This document shows positions 47,249-56,365 of a DNA stretch of 56,696 nucleotides, one piece after another; position 1 is the first letter of the stretch, and the number at the start of each line of letters is the position of its first letter. The notes beneath the pieces are model-generated. The model did not search any database. It was not told the origin of the DNA and saw only the letters and a list, made by a program, of their open reading frames with translations. Source of the stretch: an uncultured Gammaproteobacteria bacterium (GTDB lineage: Bacteria > Patescibacteriota > Microgenomatia > 2-02-FULL-39-11). The stretch spans positions 1 to 56,696 of the forward strand of contig CAYGXQ010000006.1 of the NCBI GenBank assembly GCA_964354025.1. Reading direction: 5' to 3'. The position numbers and the translations under genes are program-made.

Positions 47249-48352
47249 TCAGGCAATCTGTTCCCAGGGATAGTTTTTATTTCCAAAATGTCCATATCTT
47301 GCAGTTTCCTGGTAAATCGGACGCTGCAGATTTAATTTTTCCAGAATATCACCTACGGAAAAATTCAATAAATTATCCGCGAAATCAGAAATTATTTTAA
47401 AATTTTTCTTTTCCGTGCCAAAACAATCGATTTGTTTGTCAATTGGTTCTCTTTGTCCTATCACATAGGCCACCCTGACTTCACATTTTGAGGCTAGTTT
47501 ATGGGCTACAATATTTTTGGCTAAATACCTGCAGGCGTAGGCTCCGCTTCTGTCTACTTTGGTCGGATCTTTTCCGGAAAAACCTCCTCCTCCATGCCTT
47601 CCCATCCCCCCATAACTATCGACAATAATTTTCCGTCCGGTTACCCCTGTATCTGAAGCCGGTCCGCCGATTTCCCATTTACCGGTGCCGTTTACGATAA
47701 TTTTATGAATATCCGGCAATTTTAATTTATATTTTGTCAAAACAGGAAGTATTACATACTTAATCAATTTTATTTTAACTTCCTCATTGGGAATTTTAGG
47801 GTCATGCGGAACGCCGATAATAACGTGTTCAACTGATTTTGGACGGCCGTTCTCATAAATAATTTTTACTTCGCTTTTACCGTCAGGCCGTAGAAAAGAA
47901 AGTTTAGCTGACTGACGCATTTCATCCAGTCTTTCCACAAGTTTGTGCGCTAAAGTAACCGGCAAAGGCATAAATTCCGGTGTTTCATCCGTGGCATATC
48001 CGAACATCATTCCCTGATCGCCGGCGCCCCCGCTGTCCACACCGACAGAAATATCAGGTGATTGCTGGTGAATATAGATGGAAACCGGTGATTTGTAAGT
48101 AAAATTATAAATATCTTTGGTATAGCCTAATGATCTGATAACCTTGCGTGTAAGTTTCTCATAATCCAGCTTTTTGGGACAGGTTACTTCTCCCGCCAGG
48201 ACAATGCGGTTGATTGTCACTAACGTCTCAACCGCCACTCTGGATTTTGGATACTGTCTGATCGCTTCATCAACAATCGCATCTGATACTTGATCGCAAA
48301 TTTTGTCAGGATGCCCTGATGCTACTGATTCGGAGGTAAAAGATGAAATCAT
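47249..48352 (-). CDS. metK: S-adenosylmethionine synthetase
   Basis: FTSESV..GHPDK, GAGDQG, GGG.FSGKD, YGHFG. Confidence 0.97.
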   Translation of the reverse strand: MISSFTSESVASGHPDKICDQVSDAIVDEAIRQYPKSRVAVETLVTINRIVLAGEVTCPKKLDYEKLTRKVIRSLGYTKDIYNFTYKSPVSIYIHQQSPDISVGVDSGGAGDQGMMFGYATDETPEFMPLPVTLAHKLVERLDEMRQSAKLSFLRPDGKSEVKIIYENGRPKSVEHVIIGVPHDPKIPNEEVKIKLIKYVILPVLTKYKLKLPDIHKIIVNGTGKWEIGGPASDTGVTGRKIIVDSYGGMGRHGGGGFSGKDPTKVDRSGAYACRYLAKNIVAHKLASKCEVRVAYVIGQREPIDKQIDCFGTEKKNFKIISDFADNLLNFSVGDILEKLNLQRPIYQETARYGHFGNKNYPWEQIA

Positions 48353-48405
48353 AAAGCTTACTATATCTTTTTAGGTCTTTATTATCAAGCGCTATAATCA
48401 AAGGT

Positions 48406-48435
48406 GTAACCTTGTCAACTCCCGGGGTTGTTAAT
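48406..48435 (+). repeat. Cassette-boundary site A
   Basis: gtaaccttgtcAAC-tcccggg-GTTgttaat. Confidence 0.85.
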
Positions 48436-48470
48436 ATAGCCATCTTTAACAAATATCAAAAAAACTACTC

Positions 48471-48499
48471 TTGACCAACTAAATATATTTCTATACACT
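48471..48499 (+). promoter_or_regulatory. Promoter of a probably leaderless transcript
   Basis: TTGACC-17-TACACT, 8 nt before ATG 48508. Confidence 0.55.
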
Positions 48500-48507
48500 G
48501 TAGCTAT

Positions 48508-48738
48508 ATGAAAAATAAATATCTTTTAGTCAAATTACAGAAAAAATATAAGGATGGGGGCTATGCTTTGGTATCTCTGGAAAAAGGCCAAGTATTTGCC
48601 TTCGCAGATAACTTATCCAAACTATATGAAATAATTGACGCAAAAAATATTGAAGATGAAAACAAAACGGTAATGTATGTCCCGCCGCCTAATGTAAAAC
48701 ATGTCTTTCACATTTCCTTATCAATACGGTTTCATTGA
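48508..48738 (+). CDS. DUF5678-like small protein
   Basis: KKY..GGYAL...G.V.A.AD.L..L; overlaps the protease gene. Confidence 0.6.
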   Translation: MKNKYLLVKLQKKYKDGGYALVSLEKGQVFAFADNLSKLYEIIDAKNIEDENKTVMYVPPPNVKHVFHISLSIRFH

Positions 48739-49114
48739 AAATCGTAAAATTCCTTATCCAATTGTTTCCATATATCTTGATACTGTCCGCGGCAGAAGGT
48801 CCTTCTCGTTTATCATGGATACGGGCGCCGATAATCTGACTCTCCCGCATCATATGATTTTTTTGTTGGGCTTAAAGAAAAAAAATCTTAAAGAAAGCCG
48901 GTCACAAGGAATAGGATATAATCTAGTAAAAACATGGGAAAGTAAAATCATCATCGGTTTTTGCGGATTATCTTTTCCGGTACACTGTTCTTTTACTGAT
49001 AACGATAAAACCCCATTTCTGCTCGGAAAAGAAGATATATTTGATAAATTTAATCTTATTTTCGACAATGAAAACCAATCGACTGGTTTTGAAGACAAAA
49101 AGAGAAAGAAATGA
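48701..49114 (+). CDS. Retropepsin-like aspartyl protease
   Basis: FIMDTGAD and LLG..D.F motifs. Confidence 0.85.
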   Translation: MSFTFPYQYGFIENRKIPYPIVSIYLDTVRGRRSFSFIMDTGADNLTLPHHMIFLLGLKKKNLKESRSQGIGYNLVKTWESKIIIGFCGLSFPVHCSFTDNDKTPFLLGKEDIFDKFNLIFDNENQSTGFEDKKRKK

Positions 49115-49147
49115 ATAGAATTAAGACCAATAATAAGCTTTTCAAGC

Positions 49148-49198
49148 TTATTGGATTAAATCGTCAGAGTAACCTTGTCAACTCCCGGGATTAATAAT
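49148..49198 (+). repeat. Cassette-boundary site B (long form)
   Basis: ttattggattaaatcgtcagagtaaccttgtcAAC-tcccggg-ATTaataat. Confidence 0.85.
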
Positions 49199-49259
49199 TG
49201 ATAATTTTGGTTGAATTTCTAATAGATGTTGTATAATATTGACCAATGGAGATAAAGAA

Positions 49260-49643
49260 ATGAAAATTGATAGCAGTAAGGTAAAAGTCATCAATATAAA
49301 AGAGAAACTGTCTCTTTTTAAGAAATATTGGAGCCCAAAAATTATTGGGGAATTAAATGACCATAAAGTACAGGTGGTCAAAGTCAAAGGAAAATTTGTT
49401 TGGCATCACCACGCAAATGAAGATGAACTCTTTCTCGTTGTCAAAGGCCAACTAATCATCCATTTCAGGGATAAAGATCTTTTTGTAAACGAGGGAGAAC
49501 TGATCATTATTCCCCACCCGATCGAACACATGACGGAGGCAAAGAAGGAAACACACATTATCCTGATTGAGCCAAAACAGGTATTAAATACCGGAAACGT
49601 CACCGATTCAAAACTCGCCGCCAAAAAGCAGGAAAGGATATGA
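49260..49643 (+). CDS. Cupin domain protein (mannose-6-phosphate isomerase-like)
   Basis: WSPKIIGELN, FVWHHHANEDELF, EH, NTG. Confidence 0.9.
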   Translation: MKIDSSKVKVINIKEKLSLFKKYWSPKIIGELNDHKVQVVKVKGKFVWHHHANEDELFLVVKGQLIIHFRDKDLFVNEGELIIIPHPIEHMTEAKKETHIILIEPKQVLNTGNVTDSKLAAKKQERI

Positions 49644-49684
49644 TTCCAGGTGATTTTTTTTGACTTTTCAGGTATACTAATAAC

Positions 49685-49912
49685 ATGAAACAGCAACTTC
49701 TTGAGGGAATAACCGTAGATACAAAAGTCCGTTTTTGAAAACCTGTTATTTTGGGTACGCGGATACCAGTTGATTTGGTAATAGGAAAAATTGCCGGAGG
49801 AATGACCGTGGAGGAAGTGATAAAGGAATACGACTTGACGAAAAAACAGGTTCTTAATACTTTAAGATATGCAGCAAAGCTTATTGAAGAGGAAAACCTC
49901 GCTTTTGTATGA
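49685..49912 (+). pseudogene. DUF433 antitoxin with in-frame TGA
   Basis: MKQQLLEGITVDTKVRF*KPVILGTRIPV...GMTVEEVIKEY; TGA at 49736 replaces the Gly of GKP. Confidence 0.85.
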
Positions 49913-50084
49913 AAGCGGTAATTAGCACGGAATTGTCATTCTCCGATTTCCCAATGAAATGTCTACCAATCAAATTAATCTGATTGTGCTTGATCTATTG
50001 AAGAAAGTCATTCCTACTGATTATCCTGGAAATCTTATTATTCTTTCTCCGGGAAAAATCAGAATACGCAAACAGACACAATAA
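49909..50084 (+). pseudogene. DUF5615/PIN-like toxin remnant (N-terminal part deleted)
   Basis: ATGA-coupled start, then out-of-frame HGIVILRF...LIILSPGKIRIRK. Confidence 0.65.
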
Positions 50085-50095
50085 GATTTTACTGT

Positions 50096-50139
50096 ATTAA
50101 ATCGTCAGAGTAACCCTGTCAACTCATGGGGTTGTTAAT
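50096..50139 (+). repeat. Cassette-boundary site C (contains the MFS stop codon)
   Basis: attaaatcgtcagagtaaccctgtcAAC-tcatggg-GTTgttaat. Confidence 0.85.
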
Positions 50140-51342
50140 GTTTTCATTTAAATTACTTGAAACTTTGTCATATTTAGTAAGGAGTAAACCGATTAAAATA
50201 GGAAATATCGGAAGAATAAAAAGAAATTGTTTGGCAAGTAGTATCTGATCACCATACCCAATAATGATAAACAGAAAAATATTACTGAGAATTCTGGCTG
50301 ATAATAGGATAAATACCTGTTCTGCTAAAAGATAATATTTTTCACTAATATGCCTACTGTCCATATCCATTGAATGGAAGGTAACGGTTGATAACTTGGT
50401 GTTTAACAAAGGAGTCACTAAACCCGACAGGATATATACAATGATTCCGATAAGATTTTGATTTAATGCGAATATGATAATTCCCACTGATTGACCTAAT
50501 ATACCAACCCAATATCCCTGTCTATATTTATGTAATAATTTAATGGCAAAAATACTACCGATTGCACACGCTGCAAAACCTAGAGTCTGAACAGTTCCAA
50601 GTAGAAATTCTCCTTTTACTATCAGAAAAATAAGTATACCTAACATTGTTCCATATACTACATCATACATACCAAAGAAAAATTGCTGACATAATACATT
50701 TATCCAGACTTTTGACCGCTTATGCTCAATTATGTGTTTTAATGAAAAAGAGATTAGCTTATGCTCCGGTAATTTATTAAATAGGAAAAGCATTAATAAA
50801 AAAATCATACTTACTATTAAAAACAATATGGAATACCCTACATTTACGCCAAACAAAAGAAGATTACCGGTTACAGCAATTATTGCGCCACCAAGTATTG
50901 GTGCAATCGCCTGAAAGGCATTTAACACGGCCGAAGACCATCCGAAATATTTGATACGTGATTCTTTATTACTAAACGCGTACTGATTTAAATTAAACGC
51001 TGCCCAGTAAATCCCACCGCTCGAACCGCTAAGAATAGCAAGAGGAATAAGATATTGAATCGCATTTTCTTTTAATAGAAATAGAAAGAAGAAAAATAGA
51101 GTAGAAGTTCCCAAACTGATTCTTATTAAAGTTCCCGATTGTATCTTTTTAAATGACCATCCTGAAGCCATATAAAAGAACAAAAACGCCAGGTTCATTA
51201 TGATTATATAAAATAAGGTTGTTCTTAGATCGCTGTTTATGAACAAAAAAACCGTTATGAATATTCCGGAAAGTGAAGCGGCAAAGAAATCCAATCCCTG
51301 GATAAGAATCATATTTCGTTCTTCTGTATTTAAAGAAATCAT
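50119..51342 (-). CDS. MFS transporter (YqgE-like)
   Basis: About 12 TM; GGIYWAAFN..R..YFG..APILGG; AT-rich. Confidence 0.78.
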   Translation of the reverse strand: MISLNTEERNMILIQGLDFFAASLSGIFITVFLFINSDLRTTLFYIIIMNLAFLFFYMASGWSFKKIQSGTLIRISLGTSTLFFFFLFLLKENAIQYLIPLAILSGSSGGIYWAAFNLNQYAFSNKESRIKYFGWSSAVLNAFQAIAPILGGAIIAVTGNLLLFGVNVGYSILFLIVSMIFLLMLFLFNKLPEHKLISFSLKHIIEHKRSKVWINVLCQQFFFGMYDVVYGTMLGILIFLIVKGEFLLGTVQTLGFAACAIGSIFAIKLLHKYRQGYWVGILGQSVGIIIFALNQNLIGIIVYILSGLVTPLLNTKLSTVTFHSMDMDSRHISEKYYLLAEQVFILLSARILSNIFLFIIIGYGDQILLAKQFLFILPIFPILIGLLLTKYDKVSSNLNENINNPMS

Positions 51343-51365
51343 ATAATTTCAATTAAAGAACAATT

Positions 51366-51662
51366 TTAGTTAATTTTATATTTCCTCCTAACTTTATTTA
51401 TCCTTTCCTTATATTCCTCAACTTCACCGGTCTCTACATAACGATTAACCGGACGTCCACATATTTCACAAAATCCCTTGAGGATAATATCGTTTAAATC
51501 GTTGAGAAATATTTTATAATTTACAATTGTTGATTGGTAATGTGAATTGCATTTGACACAATAACAATTAGGAATGATTTTTTGTCTAAATAACTCATAA
51601 TCATTCCCATGAATTATCTTCAAATCTTCCTCACTTATTTCTATTTCTTTTTTATTTGACAT
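51366..51662 (-). CDS. Hypothetical zinc-ribbon protein
   Basis: CVKC...LNDIIL.G.CEICG..V.RY.E. Confidence 0.7.
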   Translation of the reverse strand: MSNKKEIEISEEDLKIIHGNDYELFRQKIIPNCYCVKCNSHYQSTIVNYKIFLNDLNDIILKGFCEICGRPVNRYVETGEVEEYKERINKVRRKYKIN

Positions 51663-51762
51663 CTTTATTTTATAAACTTCGTAAAACTTAGTTATCCATC
51701 GATTCTAGAAAATCCTATCCGGCGTATCCAGCAAATTGTTAATTGTGATGTCCAGGCATATT

Positions 51763-52260
51763 TTATTTGCTGTAATCGTGATATCTTCTGTATTTTCTCC
51801 CACAACCGCAGGGACAAAAATCCGTAATTTTAAGTTTTTCCAGCATATTTTTAAAAAGACGGTAATGACGCTTTATCATCGCGGTGAAGTCCTTATCCTG
51901 AAGAATGATAAGATTTAACTGTTCCAGAAAAAACCGGGTATATATTGACTGTATACCTCCTAATTCCACATGTGTTCCTTCCATTATGACGGCTATCTCT
52001 TTATCTCCATATGCCCATTTCCGGTAGAATTCCGGAGATTCCCAACCAAACCCAATAGTAGCTAAAATATCGTGCTTGCTATTTTTAGGTATCACGTTAA
52101 TCATGACCTTACAACAATCACAAGTTTTATCCAGACAATAATTTTCAATGACAAAATAATCTCCCTCCGGTACTTTGGCATCGTTCTTTAGTAATGTCAA
52201 AATATATGTTTCCTTAAGGGCAATCTCCGGAAAACATTTATGGAATGGTATGAAGTCCAT
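51763..52260 (-). CDS. Hypothetical protein with SEC-C-like C-terminal motif
   Basis: ENYC...CDC, GFGWE, CPCGCGRKY. Confidence 0.7.
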   Translation of the reverse strand: MDFIPFHKCFPEIALKETYILTLLKNDAKVPEGDYFVIENYCLDKTCDCCKVMINVIPKNSKHDILATIGFGWESPEFYRKWAYGDKEIAVIMEGTHVELGGIQSIYTRFFLEQLNLIILQDKDFTAMIKRHYRLFKNMLEKLKITDFCPCGCGRKYRRYHDYSK

Positions 52261-52321
52261 ATGTTTAGTTAAAAGTTTTTAATATCGATATTATACTGTA
52301 TAGCAAAACTAACCGAAATGG

Positions 52322-52349
52322 AACCTTGTCAACTCACGGGGTTGTTAAT
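52322..52349 (+). repeat. Cassette-boundary site D (contains the stop codon of the 52334 gene)
   Basis: aaccttgtcAAC-tcacggg-GTTgttaat. Confidence 0.85.
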
Positions 52350-53539
52350 CTGGAATCTCTATCTTGAAGCTGCGTCATCCTCCCTTGTGCCCATGTAATC
52401 ATACCTTGATATTCCCCGTCAGATGTAAAATGGATACCAGCATTGTGCAGTTTTCTGAAAATGTAAAGCGAAACTGCCAATCTGTTTCTAATCCAATCCC
52501 GTGTTTCTTGCAGTAGATTTCGTAAATCAGCTCCTTGTCTGATTGCTGATGCAAGAAACTGATCAATGGCATTATTTTCAACCTCTCCAGTTTCACCGAG
52601 CATTGATCGTATAACACCAAGGGGTAAATCGGACCTGATATGTCCTTCCATCTTGTCTCCCTCATTTTGAGAAAATGCTGCGGCAGTATAAATCAATTCA
52701 TACCATTTTTCCGGCCCTTCACAATCGGTTATTAATAATCTTCCTTTCTCTTTTAATAGATTCATTTGGGCTACTATATCAAAATAAGGCATATCTGGTG
52801 CTTGACTGACTATACCAATTGATATAGCCCGATTTTCTTCCGGTAAATCTTCTCTTCTGGTATCGTCAACAATTTTTTTTACGCCTACCTCGGGAAATTT
52901 CCTTTTCATCCTCACATATTCTTCAGAAAAATTATTATAATTACGTGGTTCTTTATTAAGTTGAGCTCCTGTCCAAAAAGAAGTCAGTTCTACTGCTTTA
53001 TCCTCTTCTCTCTTTTCACCGGGAATAACGGCGTAACATGCTCTCAACTTTCTATATGATATTCTCGCTTTACCTTCAGCAGTTTCAACAGGAAAAGTAT
53101 AGGGATCATTATATTCAAATACTGATACTATTTTCCCATCAGGAAGCAATTCTTCAACAAATAACAAATCCTTGCAATCTTCAATGTTTTTCTCAGGGTG
53201 ATATCGTGCTTCAATATACCGGTAATATCGTCTACCTTCTTGGTCTATAAAATAAGGCCTCACATCGTCGTAATCAGTTCCTGCTTCGGATAATCGCGTT
53301 ACAACCGGCTCCTGCGGAACACCTTCTCGGGTTGGTTTGATATTGTAATCCTGTGAGTAAAATGCAAAAATATCTACCCCGGTTTCTTTAGCCAACGGGC
53401 CAAATGCTTCCTTAATGGATACCGGTATAAAAGACTTATCAAGCCATTCCTGTTTTTCATACGTAGCGGACATAATCCGTCGCTCAGGTGTTTGTAACGG
53501 ACCTCGTAAAGCAGCTCCTGATTCGCTCCCAGCATTCAT
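52334..53539 (-). CDS. Hypothetical protein, about 400 aa
   Basis: Long ORF with no recognised motif; start uncertain. Confidence 0.65.
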   Translation of the reverse strand: MNAGSESGAALRGPLQTPERRIMSATYEKQEWLDKSFIPVSIKEAFGPLAKETGVDIFAFYSQDYNIKPTREGVPQEPVVTRLSEAGTDYDDVRPYFIDQEGRRYYRYIEARYHPEKNIEDCKDLLFVEELLPDGKIVSVFEYNDPYTFPVETAEGKARISYRKLRACYAVIPGEKREEDKAVELTSFWTGAQLNKEPRNYNNFSEEYVRMKRKFPEVGVKKIVDDTRREDLPEENRAISIGIVSQAPDMPYFDIVAQMNLLKEKGRLLITDCEGPEKWYELIYTAAAFSQNEGDKMEGHIRSDLPLGVIRSMLGETGEVENNAIDQFLASAIRQGADLRNLLQETRDWIRNRLAVSLYIFRKLHNAGIHFTSDGEYQGMITWAQGRMTQLQDRDSRLTTP

Positions 53540-53600
53540 ATATATTGAGTATAGATTATTTATGGATATTTTCATAAGGAAGTAAGGAGGAAAATGTTCT

Positions 53601-53630
53601 AACCTTATTAACTTCCGGAGTTACTAAGGT
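53601..53630 (+). repeat. Cassette-boundary site E (variant)
   Basis: aaccttattAAC-ttccgga-GTTactaaggt. Confidence 0.65.
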
Positions 53631-53808
53631 CTTGATTATTATACGTTCTAGCTTCGTCTATCGGGGGGATTTTGTCAAAATGATAGCTAAAAGAGAACCG
53701 TCCCCTTTCAATTGATTGTATGTGTCTTTCCAGACCCGGGTTCACCGGTCAAGAAAACATTCACGCCGGTTTTAAATATGGAAAGCGCTTGAGATTGAGT
53801 CATTTATT

Positions 53809-53994
53809 TATCAAAATGGTGAAGGAATTGACTGAATAATCCGAAACATGGTTTCCGTATCTGCTACATCTGTTTGACGCATTTTGCCGTCGCTCGCTTG
53901 CATTTTCAGTTAGTCACATTTTGTGATGACCTCACTTCCAACGGATCTTCCGACCTTCAAAAATTGCTAATTTTGTTTGTTTCCTAGTTTTCAT
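53809..53994 (-). pseudogene. Bro-N/antirepressor-like remnant
   Basis: MKTRKQTKLAIFEGRKIR...LKMQASDGKMRQTDVADTETMFRIIQSIPSP with a frame break and stops. Confidence 0.7.
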
Positions 53995-54008
53995 ATATAC
54001 CCTTCTTA

Positions 54009-55013
54009 TTATTTCTTAGCTTTCCCCAATAGTTTTTTCGTCACTTGATCAAAATCGGAAATAAATTTTTTGTCCAGCTCTCGTTTATAGAAAGTAAACT
54101 CTATCTCTGCTTTCATCTCGGCATCTACTGCGCTTACACTTCCTGCATGCTTAAGAACTCCTTTACCCATAAGGATTAGATATTCATCAAGTTTCTTAAT
54201 CCAATCAGCCATTTTCATTGCTTTTTCACTCTGGGCTTGGATTTCGGCAAAGGAAAGATAGGCGTCAACAATGCGGTTTAAAAGTTCCAACTCTTTCTCA
54301 TCAAGATAGTTTTTCGCTATATAAATATCACGTTTGATAGGATTCACCCCCGGAAAGTTCGTCATTCCCAGATTCTGCTTTGTGTGACTTGCGCGTTCAG
54401 CTATGATCTCAGCTGCAGTTTTACCTGTAACAGCAAAATGCATCTTGTTTTGTACCGTCTTAAAAAAAAGTTCTGTTTTTTCTGAATCTTTACGATAATC
54501 AATACTCGTTGCATAAATATCTGTCACTTTCTGATACAGCATCCGCTCACTGCTTCGAATATCGCGAATACGCTGTAGGAGTTCTTCAAAATATCTAGAC
54601 CTGTACCCACCTTGTTTAAGACGGATATCATCCAAGGTGAATCCCTTGATCATGTATTCTTTGAGATGCTCAGTTGCCCAAATACGAAATTGTGTACCGC
54701 GTAAGGACTTGACGCGATACCCAACAGAGATGATTACATCAAGACTATATAAAACTATTGGTTTGTCTGAAATTGCAGTATGCAAATTTTGCATATTGCT
54801 TTTTTCATCGAGTTCTCCTTCGCTAAATACGTTTTTTATATGTTTTGAAATGACCGATTGATCTCTGTCAAATAATTCTGACATCTGCGCTTGAGTCAAC
54901 CACACATTTTCATCTTCAAAGCGCACTTCTACCCGCGCCTTGCCGTCATCTGTTTCGTAGATGGTAATTTGTGTATTGGGTTGTGTGTTTTTTATTGCCT
55001 GTTTTTTAGCCAT
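54009..55013 (-). CDS. RhuM family DNA-binding protein
   Basis: VWLTQAQM.ELF, IISVGYRVKS.RGTQFR.WAT, RIRDIRSSE, AKNYL. Confidence 0.92.
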   Translation of the reverse strand: MAKKQAIKNTQPNTQITIYETDDGKARVEVRFEDENVWLTQAQMSELFDRDQSVISKHIKNVFSEGELDEKSNMQNLHTAISDKPIVLYSLDVIISVGYRVKSLRGTQFRIWATEHLKEYMIKGFTLDDIRLKQGGYRSRYFEELLQRIRDIRSSERMLYQKVTDIYATSIDYRKDSEKTELFFKTVQNKMHFAVTGKTAAEIIAERASHTKQNLGMTNFPGVNPIKRDIYIAKNYLDEKELELLNRIVDAYLSFAEIQAQSEKAMKMADWIKKLDEYLILMGKGVLKHAGSVSAVDAEMKAEIEFTFYKRELDKKFISDFDQVTKKLLGKAKK

Positions 55014-55125
55014 ATTATTTTTTATATTTCTGTTTCAAATTGTTGCTTAGTTTTATTATCCCCGACATTTTCGGAAATAATAATAAGTATATAGAAGAAT
55101 ATATTATTTATAATGTCAAAACAAG

Positions 55126-55150
55126 ATCTTTGACTCCAGAGGTTGGTAAT
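55126..55150 (+). repeat. Cassette-boundary site F (degenerate)
   Basis: atctttGAC-tccagag-GTTggtaat. Confidence 0.45.
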
Positions 55151-55152
55151 TT

Positions 55153-55203
55153 TTATTGGATTAAATCGTCAGAGTACCCTTGTCAACTCCCGAGATTGTT
55201 AAT
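55153..55203 (+). repeat. Cassette-boundary site G (long form)
   Basis: ttattggattaaatcgtcagagtacccttgtcAAC-tcccgag-ATTgttaat. Confidence 0.85.
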
Positions 55204-55293
55204 TAATATTACAATACCGTTAATATTATTGATGTTACCATGTATCGATACATGGTAACATAGAATTTTAAACTACCGATTGAAATCATTTTT

Positions 55294-55323
55294 GTATCCT
55301 TGGTAATTCCCGGAGTTGTTAAG
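55294..55323 (+). repeat. Cassette-boundary site H (variant)
   Basis: gtatccttggtAAT-tcccgga-GTTgttaag. Confidence 0.65.
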
Positions 55324-55334
55324 TTTCGATCTTA

Positions 55335-55419
55335 TGTCATCCCGAGCGAAGTCGAGGGATCTTCCAACTGGGGAAGATTCCTCCACTCATCCACTATCGT
55401 GGAATCGGTCGGAATGACA
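55335..55419. repeat. Palindromic MITE/RPE-like element
   Basis: TGTCATCCCGAGCGAAGTCGAGGGATCT...CGGAATGACA; matches 10311-10406. Confidence 0.85.
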
Positions 55420-55465
55420 ATAAAGTATACCCGACAGAGCTTCGAGGAATGCTCATAATAAATAA

Positions 55466-56365
55466 TCATTCAAACATCATCGTAATATAGCTGGTAATTG
55501 ACTGTGGAGATTGGCCGGAGATAAGAAAAGAGTCGGAAGTTTCTATCAGTTTCCCCTCTTTCACCCCAACTTTTTTCAGATAATTCAGCAAAATTGATAA
55601 AGTTGGCGGAGAATCTACGGTTACCTTGTTAATATTACCAATATCTAACCTCTCTAATATTCCCGTGCTTATCGTGTCATTTTCCTGTGCTTTTTTATGT
55701 GTTTCTTCATGGGAGAAATCCACACTGGCAACCATTAAGCAATCCATACAATTTTTTGAAAGAAAATCAGCCAGGTTATTTACTTCTTCTTTTGTTGTTC
55801 CGCTTTTGACAATAACCGGAACAATTTTTGCCGGGGGAAAATAGATTTTGAGAAAACTGACCAGGCCGCAGATGGAATGCTCCGTATCGAAGTTATCTTC
55901 CTCAATACTGGCCAATCCCTGCTTATTTATTTTATTAATCAATAACGAATCCGGTTCTAGAATTCCAAACTGCGTCTGCCATTCTCCAGCTGAAACCTGC
56001 AAATCGGCTTTTCCGTAATTTTGATGGTTCGGACCGATCAGAATAATGGTTTTTGCCTTCGGTGAAACCATTGCTAACGCATTTATAATCAAATCCCGGG
56101 CAAGCAGGTGGTGAGGAATGATCAGTCCGCGGATTGAGATTTTTTCTTTTTGGGAAAGACCCTCTTTTTCATAAACACCTTTAGTGAAAGGACAGGCAAC
56201 GTGCGTGGAAATATGATCTTTTAATTTCTGCTGAGAATAATAAATCGGAAAAGCGGCCAATCCAATAACGAGTAATAACGCCATAATTCCGATAGTGATT
56301 TTACTTTTCCAAAGCTTTAACCCAATTGGGTGTTTGAGGAATGGAGAAGGATGTGTTGTTTTCAT
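55466..56365 (-). CDS. MEMO1-family protein (AmmeMemoRadiSam protein B-like) with N-terminal TM
   Basis: IIPHH, IGPNH, EHS, ASVDFSH, TSY. Confidence 0.87.
   Translation of the reverse strand: MKTTHPSPFLKHPIGLKLWKSKITIGIMALLLVIGLAAFPIYYSQQKLKDHISTHVACPFTKGVYEKEGLSQKEKISIRGLIIPHHLLARDLIINALAMVSPKAKTIILIGPNHQNYGKADLQVSAGEWQTQFGILEPDSLLINKINKQGLASIEEDNFDTEHSICGLVSFLKIYFPPAKIVPVIVKSGTTKEEVNNLADFLSKNCMDCLMVASVDFSHEETHKKAQENDTISTGILERLDIGNINKVTVDSPPTLSILLNYLKKVGVKEGKLIETSDSFLISGQSPQSITSYITMMFE

Noticed and set aside
49736-49738. TGA = Gly recoding (genetic code 25)
   Set aside because: prfB is present and TGA ends many genes here, including this one; a single GGA>TGA change explains it.
53652-53666. 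TTCGTCTATCGG resembling a tRNA-Glu 5' part that could match the orphan 3' half
   Set aside because: Only 12 nt; no acceptor strand or anticodon arm.
48406-55323. CRISPR array or classical integron
   Set aside because: Spacing is irregular and up to 2.2 kb with genes in between; no cas or intI; no attC RYYYAAC...GTTRRRY hairpin.
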